DNA of 64,000 nucleotides from an uncultured bacterium (GTDB taxonomy: Bacteria; CAYUVA01): contig CAYUVA010000008.1 of NCBI GenBank assembly GCA_964448115.1, positions 1 to 64,000 on the forward strand. The letters are read 5' to 3'. Below are positions 38,211 to 47,407 of this stretch, piece by piece. A program made the position numbers and the translations under genes. How positions within the stretch are numbered: the stretch's first letter is position 1; the number at the start of each line of letters is the position of its first letter. The notes beneath the pieces were generated by a model. That model did no database searches. It saw only the letters and a list, made by a program, of their open reading frames with translations, and was not told the origin of the DNA.

Positions 38211-39666
38211 GTCTATATTCCCAATTGATGATATAAGAAAACTTATTATAGAAGCCATTCCAGGGCAAATAGCAAGTCCTGATGTTAAATTACCTTATCG
38301 GTATATTCCTGAAACACACTGGAAAGCATTGCATCCCGACAATGCATTAGTTGAAGGGATCCGAGGATCAGGGAAAAGCTTTTGGTGGAAGGTTTTACAG
38401 GATCCAAGATTTCGAGCAATAGTAGGGCATTTTCTACCTAAAACAGGAATCGATAAAAATACAATAGTTTCTGCTGGTTTCGGAGAGATTTCCTCACCCG
38501 ATGACTTTCCGGGGAAAGATATACTCTCCAATTTATCCAGTAAACACGATTCAAGGCAAATATGGCGTACAATTATTTTTTACCATGTTTGCAAGGAAGC
38601 AAAGAAAGATATCATTGCTAACCAGGATATGTGGAAAGATAGGATAGAATATGTAATAAACAATCCAGAGAAGGTAGAAAAAACATTTTATGAGATCGAT
38701 CAGGGTCTTGAAGAAAAAAAGGTCTATCATCTCATTCTTTTCGATGCCCTGGATCGGGCTGCTGATAATTGGAAAACCATGAGAAATTTGATTCGAGGTC
38801 TTTTACAAGTGTTATTGGAGTTCAAGTATTATAAACGAATTCGCGCTAAAGCATACCTGAGAACCGATCAAATATCAGATCCATTAGTTGCTGATTTTCC
38901 TGACTCATCTAAATTACTAAGCGATAAAATGGAATTACGATGGCCCCGAAATGAATTGTATGGGTTACTTTGGCAGTATCTTTGTAATGAGAGCCAATAT
39001 GGAGAAGAATTTAGGGACGGATGTAACAAGCTGTTAGAAATTAAGTGGAATAAATATAACAATATTTGGATCGTACCAAAAGAAGCGATAGAAGAAAAAG
39101 CGCAAAGAGAGATTTTTAATCAAATCGCTGGACCTTGGATGGGAAAAGACCGTCGCCGTGGATTCCCCTACACTTGGTTACCAAACCATCTTGGAGATGC
39201 TACGGATCAAGTAAGTCCTAGAAGCTTCTTAGCCGCGGTGCGACATGCTGCTGAAGACAGTATTAAAATCGAGTATGAAAAGTATCCTTTGTATTATGAG
39301 AGCATAAAAAGGGGGGTTGCTGAGGCATCGAGAATTCGGGTTCGTGAATTAAAGGAAGACTACCCTTGGGTGGATAAGTTGATGAATCCCCTTTCTGGAA
39401 TGTCTGTACCTTGTGATATTAAGGAAATCAAGATGAGATGGACTGATAGCGATACCTTGGGGAATCTTGAAAGGCAGATTGAAAACGAAGAACTTAAACT
39501 TCCGCCAGCTCATTTAACTGAGGGCGCTGATGGGGTAATTAAAGATCTAATACAATTAGGTATTTTTAGACTGATGAAAGATAGCAGAGTAAATATACCG
39601 GATGTGTATCGGGTAGGATATAATCTAGGTAGAAGGGGCGGCGTAAAACCTGTTGCTCGCTATTGA
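38203..39666 (+). CDS. P-loop NTPase of unknown family
   Basis: Walker A GIRGSGKS, Walker B LILFDALDR, K.YLR.D, SPRSFL, C-terminal P.VYR.G..L.RRGG; overlaps the upstream stop. Confidence 0.8.
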   Translation: MSESIFPIDDIRKLIIEAIPGQIASPDVKLPYRYIPETHWKALHPDNALVEGIRGSGKSFWWKVLQDPRFRAIVGHFLPKTGIDKNTIVSAGFGEISSPDDFPGKDILSNLSSKHDSRQIWRTIIFYHVCKEAKKDIIANQDMWKDRIEYVINNPEKVEKTFYEIDQGLEEKKVYHLILFDALDRAADNWKTMRNLIRGLLQVLLEFKYYKRIRAKAYLRTDQISDPLVADFPDSSKLLSDKMELRWPRNELYGLLWQYLCNESQYGEEFRDGCNKLLEIKWNKYNNIWIVPKEAIEEKAQREIFNQIAGPWMGKDRRRGFPYTWLPNHLGDATDQVSPRSFLAAVRHAAEDSIKIEYEKYPLYYESIKRGVAEASRIRVRELKEDYPWVDKLMNPLSGMSVPCDIKEIKMRWTDSDTLGNLERQIENEELKLPPAHLTEGADGVIKDLIQLGIFRLMKDSRVNIPDVYRVGYNLGRRGGVKPVARY

Positions 39667-39697
39667 AAATATCTTTTCATAACAGCCATCTTCTTTT

Positions 39698-41179
39698 TCA
39701 GCTCGTCTCGCTTTTGATGAACATGGGGATCTCTTCCTCGCGGCTTTCGAGATCTGCCGGCTTTTTGATGGGCATCTTGATGGTGAAATGAGTGCCAACA
39801 TCCTCCCGTGAATCGACCTTGATAAAACCTCCATGCTTCTGGACTATCTTGTTGGAAATAAACAGCCCTAAGCCGGTACCTCCCAGCCCCTTTGATGAGA
39901 AAAACAGGCTGAAGATCTTCTCCCTGGTCTCCCTGTCCATGCCGATGCCGTTGTCATCTACCTCGAAGATGATCCAATCAGCTTCCTTTCCCACCGAGAA
40001 GATCACCTTGTGCTCTGATTTTTTCTTGTCCATGCGGCAAGCATCAAAGGAGTTCTCCAGGATGTTGACCAGCATGGAGCGAACCGCCTGATAATCAGCC
40101 TCGAACTCACCGACTGCGGGATCGAACCGGGAGATGAACTCGACCCCTAGGCTTTTAGCCTTGTCGGTGAAATTATCATAGACCTCCCTAGCCAGGGATA
40201 AAACCTTGTGGGTCTCCCAATTGAGCTGCCTGTCCTTTGCATAGTAAAGTATATCCATAACCATGTTTCGGATGCGCTCCACATTGCGCTGTACCATTGC
40301 CCAGCCCTTCAGTATCCGCTGTTGATCGTCCTTTTTTATCCCGCTATTGACCATATAGATACCGCCCTCCAAGCCGGTGAGCAGCCCCTTGATACCATGA
40401 GAGATCGAGCCGACCAGCAGCCCGGTCGAGGTCAGTTGATTCTGCAATTGCCTGATGGGCGTGATGTTATTGGACATCTCCATTACCAGCATAACATTAC
40501 CATTCTGATCCTTTATCGGCACCGATGTTACCCAGACATTGAGCCGTCTGCCATCTTTGGTGGTAACCACCTCCTCGTGGTGGTAGGTCTTGCCATCCTG
40601 GAAGATATCCTTGACCTTGCAGGGGATGCACGGCTTGTCTCGGTGCTTGTAAACCTCGTAGCAGTAGCCCTTGGGATAGCCGAAGTCCTCACGGAACATC
40701 TTGTTTGCCTCCACAAGGCGCAGGTCCTTGTCCTGTATGGAGATATAGCAAGGGACGACCTCGAAGAGCTTGCGGAGTTGATCGGATCGCTCCCGGAGCT
40801 GCTCCTGGAGCAGCTTGACCTCGGTAATGTCGGTGAACATCTCCATTACCGCTATGATTCTCTCCTGATCGTCTTTGATTGGGGTGGTATGGACCATTAC
40901 CGGTATTTCAAGCCCCTGTTGAGTGATTATGACCTCCTCGCTGCCATGTCTTAATCCGTCATTGAAGGTCTTTTCCACCGGGCAGTCGGTGCACTTCGAG
41001 TCTCTCCCCTTGTAGATTTCATAGCAGAACTCACCAGGTTTTTCGCCAAAGTCATCGCGAAATCTCCCATTTGCCTCGATGATACGAAAATCCCTGTCTT
41101 GTATGGAGACATAGGCGGGTATTTCATCGAACAGCTTCTTATAGGGGAGAGAATTGGTCTGAGATCTTTCGATGGTCAT
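39698..41179 (-). CDS. Cytoplasmic PAS-PAS sensor histidine kinase
   Basis: Two PAS domains, each with CY..Y..RD..C..C; H-box SISHGIKG; N-box NILENSFDA; DNGIGM; FFSSKG.GGTGLGL. Confidence 0.93.
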   Translation of the reverse strand: MTIERSQTNSLPYKKLFDEIPAYVSIQDRDFRIIEANGRFRDDFGEKPGEFCYEIYKGRDSKCTDCPVEKTFNDGLRHGSEEVIITQQGLEIPVMVHTTPIKDDQERIIAVMEMFTDITEVKLLQEQLRERSDQLRKLFEVVPCYISIQDKDLRLVEANKMFREDFGYPKGYCYEVYKHRDKPCIPCKVKDIFQDGKTYHHEEVVTTKDGRRLNVWVTSVPIKDQNGNVMLVMEMSNNITPIRQLQNQLTSTGLLVGSISHGIKGLLTGLEGGIYMVNSGIKKDDQQRILKGWAMVQRNVERIRNMVMDILYYAKDRQLNWETHKVLSLAREVYDNFTDKAKSLGVEFISRFDPAVGEFEADYQAVRSMLVNILENSFDACRMDKKKSEHKVIFSVGKEADWIIFEVDDNGIGMDRETREKIFSLFFSSKGLGGTGLGLFISNKIVQKHGGFIKVDSREDVGTHFTIKMPIKKPADLESREEEIPMFIKSETS

Positions 41180-41300
41180 TGGTCTATCTCCCTTTCTATC
41201 TTATGCTATTCTAAAGATCTCCTCGTGGCAAGGCTTGGCTTCATAAGCAATGAGTATGGGGCTATCCGGTTGGTTTTCGCAGGTAGCACTCATTGTCTGC

Positions 41301-43079
41301 TTATTTTTTGCTGGCTTTCTCCTTCTCGGATTCGTGTTCCAGCTCCAGGATCTTGCGTATGTTAAGCAGCAGCTTATCCTCGTTGACCGGCTTGTCAAGA
41401 TACCCTTCAGGCGGGCGCTCGTCTCGGTCGTAGATCAGCTTGCGTAGCTCCGGCTTGCCGGTGATAATGCAGATTGCTATCTCCTCGGTCTCGGGCTCGT
41501 TTCTCATCTCGGCGAAGACCTCGGCTCCGTCCTTGCCGGGCATTGAAAGGTCGAGCGTTATCAGGTCTGGCTTTTGCTCTTTAGCTATTCTAAGCGCCTC
41601 CTCGCCGTCAGATGCAACATAGGTTGTGGCGCCGTTATCCTGCAGGACTGTGCTTATGAAATCGCAAACATCAGGCTCATCATCGACTACCAGGATGCTG
41701 TATCCAGCCAAGACTAAAGCCTCTGCCGGTATCTCTTCGGGAACCTCGACCACCACCGGCTTCTCTGGGATCACCAGCGCGTTTGCCACTAGGTTCACCA
41801 GTTGGGTAACCTGCATTCCCAGCTTGTAATGGCGGATGAGGTCGGTCAGCCCGTCCACGCAGTTATGGCAGGAGGTTATCACTATCTTGGCGCCGGTTGC
41901 GGTGAGCTGATCTGCCTTCACCTTTGCCGATTTGAGCCTTCTAGGAGTATATTCACTCATTGACATAGCACCGCCACCACCAGTGCAGCAGTAGTTGTTC
42001 GCCCGATTGGGGTACATCTCGCGAAAGTCGGAGCAAACCAGCTTGATAAGATCCCTCGGCTCCTCGTAAAGCCCGCAACTGCGCGCATTATTGCACGAGT
42101 CGTGGAAGGTAACCGGTATCTTGTTCTTGCTCTTATCGACCTTGATCTTCCCCTTGCGGATATACTCCAGCATGGTTATCACCGAGCTTTCCATGGGGAA
42201 ATCGACATTGATTCCACCCCAGTTCTGCGCCTCGCAGCGAGTGGAGCGGTAGCCGTGCCCGCACTCGGATATGACTAGCTTCTTGCCCCTTAGCTCCTTG
42301 ACTTTCTCGTACAACCTGCGTGCTACTGCGCCGCCAAGGTCATCATCGCCGGAGAAAAGCCCGAAGTTGGTCATGTCCCAACCCTCGCTGGGCATTGTCC
42401 AGTTTTCGCCAGCGAAGTGGAAAATCTTGGCAGCATCGGCGATGGTTCGAGGATCATACTTGATCTCACGGGGATTTATGGAATAGACCACATCAGCATC
42501 GTATTTATCGATGGGGATCTTGATGTTGGGATCGTTATATTCCTCCTGAAGCTCCTCTTCCATCCACTCCAGGGTTTCTATGTAGTCTTCCTTGAGCACA
42601 CCCATCTGGTTGCCGATCTCCCACTGATCCTTACTTACCACCGCGACCCCTTCGGGCATGATGCCGACCGAGACTAGCAATCCCCTGGTCATACGGTTAT
42701 AGGTTGCGAAATCTACTCCCATGGGGCAGTTAAGGCTACAGCGGCGGCAGTTGGTGCAGCGCCCAAAGACTATATCCTTTAGCTCTTCGAGATCCTCATC
42801 CGTGTATATGCTCTTAGCACCTACCCACTTGGGGATGACTCGCCCGGTCCAGTCGATATGGCGCTTGAACAGCTTGCGGAGCTGATCACCCTTGTATGCA
42901 GGAGCCATCTTGTAGTCATCAGGATTGGTGAGCACATAATGACAGACATCGGTGCACATCCCGCAGTGCACGCAAGCCAGAAGCGACGACACCATGGAGC
43001 GGTTGAGCTTCTTATTCATTCTATCCAAGAAGACCTTGACCTTATGCGATCTTGGCTTATCTTTCTCCTTAACCTTCAT
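41301..43079 (-). CDS. CCG-domain Fe-S oxidoreductase (TmcB/HmcF/DsrK family) fused to a C-terminal receiver domain
   Basis: CVHCGMCTDVC, CTNCRRCSLNCP, SECGHG, HDSCN, CCTGGGG, SCHNC; then ILVVDDE...PDLITLDLSMP...IITG...YLDKP. Confidence 0.88.
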   Translation of the reverse strand: MKVKEKDKPRSHKVKVFLDRMNKKLNRSMVSSLLACVHCGMCTDVCHYVLTNPDDYKMAPAYKGDQLRKLFKRHIDWTGRVIPKWVGAKSIYTDEDLEELKDIVFGRCTNCRRCSLNCPMGVDFATYNRMTRGLLVSVGIMPEGVAVVSKDQWEIGNQMGVLKEDYIETLEWMEEELQEEYNDPNIKIPIDKYDADVVYSINPREIKYDPRTIADAAKIFHFAGENWTMPSEGWDMTNFGLFSGDDDLGGAVARRLYEKVKELRGKKLVISECGHGYRSTRCEAQNWGGINVDFPMESSVITMLEYIRKGKIKVDKSKNKIPVTFHDSCNNARSCGLYEEPRDLIKLVCSDFREMYPNRANNYCCTGGGGAMSMSEYTPRRLKSAKVKADQLTATGAKIVITSCHNCVDGLTDLIRHYKLGMQVTQLVNLVANALVIPEKPVVVEVPEEIPAEALVLAGYSILVVDDEPDVCDFISTVLQDNGATTYVASDGEEALRIAKEQKPDLITLDLSMPGKDGAEVFAEMRNEPETEEIAICIITGKPELRKLIYDRDERPPEGYLDKPVNEDKLLLNIRKILELEHESEKEKASKK

Positions 43080-43800
43080 TTACTGCTCCTTTCTTGGCTT
43101 GTTGTTGGCTCATCCAGTCGGGCATTATGCTCGGTTGCAGCGGATAGATCCCGCGATATCCCATGGTCTTGCCCAGATAGTACCGGGTGAATGGATAGTA
43201 GAGGTAATGACCGATCTTGCTGAAGGGGACATACATCAAGAAGAATGCGGTCATAAAAAAGAAGGTGAGCAGCTCCCATTCGCCATCGGCTACATTGTTA
43301 GGCACAGAGAGGAATGCGAAAAGGAACCAGACGGTTAAAAGCGCCAACGAAAAGTAATCATCAGGCGTGCTTATGTTCCTGATCCAGGGATTGCTTATCC
43401 TGCGCACCATCCTCATTATGCCTACGATGAAGGCAGCGCCGATGAAGAAGTGCATGACAAAGCGGAGCATCCCCGAATCCAGCAATCCCGGCGCATAGGG
43501 TATTATAAAGGAGAGCAGGATCGCCATGGTTACGCCAAGATGGAATAGAGCAAACTGAATGTAGAATCCGATGTGCTTCCTGGTGCTATCCATCGCCCAG
43601 GGCATGGCAATATTTATCATGGAGTAGGCAACCCCCTTGGCTGGGGTGGTGCCTGCACGACCGGTGGGGGCTTGCCTTTCCTTGCCAGTTTTGAATTTTC
43701 TTATAATCCAGATCACCCTGATAGTATAGACAATCGCCATGAACAAAAGGGCAAATTCTTGCAAGGGGTGCTCTGCAAAGTGCAACAATGGGCTTTCCAT
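43069..43800 (-). CDS. NarI-family membrane cytochrome b (TmcC/HmcE-like)
   Basis: About 5 TM helices, PWAMDSTRKH, LFHLG, ISTPDDYF, YVPFSKIGHY; overlaps the CCG gene. Confidence 0.8.
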   Translation of the reverse strand: MESPLLHFAEHPLQEFALLFMAIVYTIRVIWIIRKFKTGKERQAPTGRAGTTPAKGVAYSMINIAMPWAMDSTRKHIGFYIQFALFHLGVTMAILLSFIIPYAPGLLDSGMLRFVMHFFIGAAFIVGIMRMVRRISNPWIRNISTPDDYFSLALLTVWFLFAFLSVPNNVADGEWELLTFFFMTAFFLMYVPFSKIGHYLYYPFTRYYLGKTMGYRGIYPLQPSIMPDWMSQQQAKKGAVNEG

Positions 43801-43804
43801 TAGC

Positions 43805-44356
43805 TTAAACCTCCGTGCTTACAGTGTCGGTTTTATACTTGTTCAGCTCGACATCAAAGGGGATATACTCCCGATTGTCGATCACGCAAATAACAACTTC
43901 CTCGAGGCTCTCGTTGCCGTGCAAGAAGATATAGAGCGTTTCCAGCATCACCTTTGCGCAGACATCGAGCGGGATGGCGTAGAATCCGGCTCCCATTGCA
44001 GGATAGGCGACCTGCTTGATCCCGTTTTCAATAGCGATCTTAAGCGATGAGAGCATAGTATCCCTCAGCTTCCTCTCGGTATCTTCCTCGTTGAACTTGG
44101 GTCCAACCGCGTGAATGATATGCTTGGCTTTAAGCTCGCCGGCTGTTGAGAGCACCGCTTTGGTCGTTTCTACCGGTGCCAGCTTCTCCAGCTCTCTTTG
44201 TATGCTCGGACCTCCCCTGACGCTGATCGCATTTCCGAATCCAGCGCCCAGCTTCAGGTCATTGGTTGCGTAATAGATAAACGCCTCGAAGGGTTGATCG
44301 GTGATATCTGCTATCATCAGCTTGATCTTTGTTCGATTGAACATCGTTTCTCGCAT
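43805..44356 (-). CDS. Divergent macrodomain protein
   Basis: ADIT, GAGFGNAI..RGG, AGELKAKHIIHAVGP, VAYPAMGAGFY; the canonical VNAAN is replaced by IYYAT; ATG 44356 follows GGAGAGG. Confidence 0.85.
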   Translation of the reverse strand: MRETMFNRTKIKLMIADITDQPFEAFIYYATNDLKLGAGFGNAISVRGGPSIQRELEKLAPVETTKAVLSTAGELKAKHIIHAVGPKFNEEDTERKLRDTMLSSLKIAIENGIKQVAYPAMGAGFYAIPLDVCAKVMLETLYIFLHGNESLEEVVICVIDNREYIPFDVELNKYKTDTVSTEV

Positions 44357-44406
44357 AACCTCTCCTTTGCCTTGCATTGCTGTTGTTTGAATTGCATTTT
44401 AATTAT

Positions 44407-44886
44407 CTATTCAGTTGGTTTGACCATTGCCCTATTTACCTCCGAGTACCTGGCAAGCTCGCTGGAAAGCTCTTTTACACAGTCCTTGGATGCCAAGTCC
44501 TTGAGGGTGTACTCGTTGAGCACATCTATAATCTTGTGGTTGATCAAGCACCATACGAGACGGCATACGCAGTAGTCCGCGGACATGCAGTTATCTATGT
44601 TCTCGACGCAGTCAGTGATATTGATCGCTCCAATGGTTGCCTGTACGATGTCGCCTATGGTTATCTGGGAGGCTGGCCTTTTCAGCACATAACCACCTTT
44701 CTTGCCGGAAAAGCCCTTAATAAGGTCGCTGCTTTTAAGAGCCATTGCCAGTTGCTCCAGGTATTTCCTTGAGATGCGGGTTCTGATGGCTATGTCGTGT
44801 AGCGAGACCGGCTGGTTATCGATCGAGTGCTTGTTGATGTCGAGCAGCATCCTTACCGCATACCTCGCCCTGGTTGAGAGCCTCAC
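44407..44886 (-). CDS. Rrf2-family transcriptional regulator (IscR-like Cys ligands)
   Basis: MRLSTRARYA, SRKYLEQL, GKKGGY.L, C-terminal Cys cluster (DC...NC...YC). Confidence 0.92.
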   Translation of the reverse strand: MRLSTRARYAVRMLLDINKHSIDNQPVSLHDIAIRTRISRKYLEQLAMALKSSDLIKGFSGKKGGYVLKRPASQITIGDIVQATIGAINITDCVENIDNCMSADYCVCRLVWCLINHKIIDVLNEYTLKDLASKDCVKELSSELARYSEVNRAMVKPTE

Positions 44887-45093
44887 TTGATGTTTTCCTT
44901 TCCCTTTTTCATAATCCCTATTATTCCTATCAAATTAGTAGTAATTATAAAAGCTGTTTCTGCATGCGTCAAGTCAGATCAGATGTTTTTGATAAACAGC
45001 AGCTAAGCGTGCAAGTCTGCGACGGGGCGATTAAGCTGCTTGACTTTATTCGGAGATTCAAGTTGGGTGCATATCTTGGTCGATATAGATTAG

Positions 45094-45330
45094 CTAAGGA
45101 CGAATATCTCAGGCAAGAAAAAGTTGGAACAGATAAGAGAGACCGGCGCTAAGTATGTCGCCGCACCGTGCTCTAACTGCAAACGACAGCTCGGACAGCT
45201 TTTAGAGCACCACAAGACCGGTGTAACCGTGGGTGGTCTGCATGACATTGTATCCAGGGCAATAGTGATTGAGAGCAACCAAACCACGCAAGAACAAAGG
45301 AAAGAGGAGGCGGTGAGGCTTGGGGCTTGA
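45094..45330 (+). pseudogene. 5'-truncated remnant of an HmcF/DsrK-like CCG-domain gene
   Basis: After an in-frame TAG (45091-45093): LRTNISGKKKLEQIRETGAKYVAAPCSNCKRQL, matching only the last roughly 70 aa of CCG proteins (compare DsrK here: ISGRMK...APCSNCKGQI). Confidence 0.7.
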
Positions 45331-45424
45331 GGTGTGAAGGCTAATACTCATTTAACCACAAAAGCACAAAGATAGTCTAATACATGAGGTGTGAGGTTCA
45401 AGGTTAGAGGAGGAAACAAATGCC

Positions 45425-47272
45425 CTATAAATCTATATCTAGGAGGCCTTTAATCGTCCTTGGGGCAGGGATACCATTTTCATCCCACCCTCGATGAGAG
45501 TAATATTCCCCGACCATGCGCTGAAATGCTTGTTCATCGATCCTCTCGTTCGCCGCGGCACCTAGCGGGGCAGGCTCGGTGAAATACCTCCTGGGCAATG
45601 TATCCTCGGCTTTTTTCATACCTGCCTGTAGGTTATATTGCCTTTCCAAGTCCAGGATATTGTGTGCTATCTCCTTGAGGTTATCCACAGTAAAATCTAT
45701 CCCCACAACAAGTTTAATTAGCTGCGAGAAATGACTGTAATCAAGGAACTGCGGGCTGTTGAAGCCATGACAGATGAACTTGCATATTCCCAGCGCATCG
45801 ACCACTGCATAAAGGTTCTCGTGGAAGTAAACCATATAAGCCTTGTCAACATACTCGGTTGGAGACATACTCACTTTTTTGCCATAGAAACGTTTTTTCA
45901 CCCCCTCGGGCAGGTTTACCATATCCAAGGTAGGGCGATTGCGCAGGTGGTCAGCACCGCGGCTGGATACCCCGATGCCCAAAGCAAAACTCTTCATATA
46001 ACGAACATCATGGGGATCGCTCTGTGGCAAACCCTTTACAGCGATCAGATAATCACTGGCTCCTTGGGGTAGGCGTTTACCAGCGCTGCTGCCATCAGCG
46101 AGCAGATCCCCGATCCCCCTTCGCATGGCTATGTCATCAAGCATGCGGTTAACCAGCTCGTAATCGCCGAATTCAAAGGGATGCTCGGGTTGATATTCTC
46201 CCAGCAATCCCTTTTGCGATAACTCGATAGACCAGGCGATTATGCTGCCGGCGGATGAAGTATCCAAGCCTAGTCGATTACACTTATTATTCAGGGCAAC
46301 AACCTTCTTGGGATCGGTAATTCCGCAATTAGCGCCCAGAAGCCCCAGGCTGGAGTACTCTGGTCCCTCGCCACCGAGCTTATTTCGATGCCTGCAATGA
46401 ACGAAGCAGCCATAGCAGGGAAGCATCTTCTCTGATAGCTGTTTGAAGTTTTGGCAGCTCAGGTCATCTGAGGTCTGGTTGAGCATCGAGTTATTGGTGC
46501 GAATTGCACCCAATGCGTTGGAGGCATCGAAGAGCATGGCGGTCCCGTATTTACTGAACTGGCGATAGGTCAACGAACCCTTGATATAATCGATAAGTTC
46601 CAGGTTTCGCTCCATGAGCATCCTGGGGTTTGCCACCTTGAAGGCAGTATCACCCATAGCCACGATCGCCTTGATGTTCTTGGAACCCATAACCGCACCC
46701 AGTCCACACCTGCCGGCTGCGTTTTTAATATCGCTGATGATGGCGGCAAATCGGCACAGGTTCTCCCCAGCACGACCGATGACCAGGATCTCAGCCCCTT
46801 TGCCAAGCTGTTGGCGAAGCGCTAGCTGGGCATCGACCGTATCCGATCCCCATAATTCAGGCATCGGCACCAGCTCTACCTTGTCCTTCTCGATAGCCAG
46901 AATGCTTGGCTTGGGAGCTTTCCCGAGAATGATCGCTGCCAGGTAACCCAACCCACGCAGCTTGGCGCCGAAGTAGCCACCGATGTTTGAGTCTCCAAGG
47001 TAACCCGTTTCCGGGGACCTGGCAGTGATGTTCATCCGAGCAGCGCATATCACCCCGCTGCCGGTCAGCAGTCCAGGGGATATTATCAGCGGATTATCAG
47101 GCGAAAACGGCTCGATATCCGGCTTGTGAAACCTGTTGAGGAGAAATACGCCCAAACCCCTACCGCCGAGGAAACCCCTTATTATTTTCCTATCAGCCCG
47201 CCTTTTTGTATAGGAGTTACTGGTAAGATCGATGATGGCTAGCTTATCTTGAAGATCTATGTTCGGTCGCAT
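45425..47272 (-). CDS. aor: Aldehyde:ferredoxin oxidoreductase (W/Mo AOR family)
   Basis: FLGGRGLG, SPETG...DSN.GG, IG.AGEN..RFA, AAGR.GLGAVMGSKN.KA, C..C..HC, EGPEY, GLDT.S.G, RGADH. Confidence 0.92.
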   Translation of the reverse strand: MRPNIDLQDKLAIIDLTSNSYTKRRADRKIIRGFLGGRGLGVFLLNRFHKPDIEPFSPDNPLIISPGLLTGSGVICAARMNITARSPETGYLGDSNIGGYFGAKLRGLGYLAAIILGKAPKPSILAIEKDKVELVPMPELWGSDTVDAQLALRQQLGKGAEILVIGRAGENLCRFAAIISDIKNAAGRCGLGAVMGSKNIKAIVAMGDTAFKVANPRMLMERNLELIDYIKGSLTYRQFSKYGTAMLFDASNALGAIRTNNSMLNQTSDDLSCQNFKQLSEKMLPCYGCFVHCRHRNKLGGEGPEYSSLGLLGANCGITDPKKVVALNNKCNRLGLDTSSAGSIIAWSIELSQKGLLGEYQPEHPFEFGDYELVNRMLDDIAMRRGIGDLLADGSSAGKRLPQGASDYLIAVKGLPQSDPHDVRYMKSFALGIGVSSRGADHLRNRPTLDMVNLPEGVKKRFYGKKVSMSPTEYVDKAYMVYFHENLYAVVDALGICKFICHGFNSPQFLDYSHFSQLIKLVVGIDFTVDNLKEIAHNILDLERQYNLQAGMKKAEDTLPRRYFTEPAPLGAAANERIDEQAFQRMVGEYYSHRGWDENGIPAPRTIKGLLDIDL

Positions 47273-47407
47273 GGTTGATTCCCTACCTGTTTGCATTTTA
47301 CCTTATTCATCGAGTTTGTCTATTTGCCTATGCCTAAATTGCCTGGATTATTTAGTTCAAAGAGGCTGTTATTGTAATTTGGTACCTTAAAATGTAAATA
47401 TATCGCC

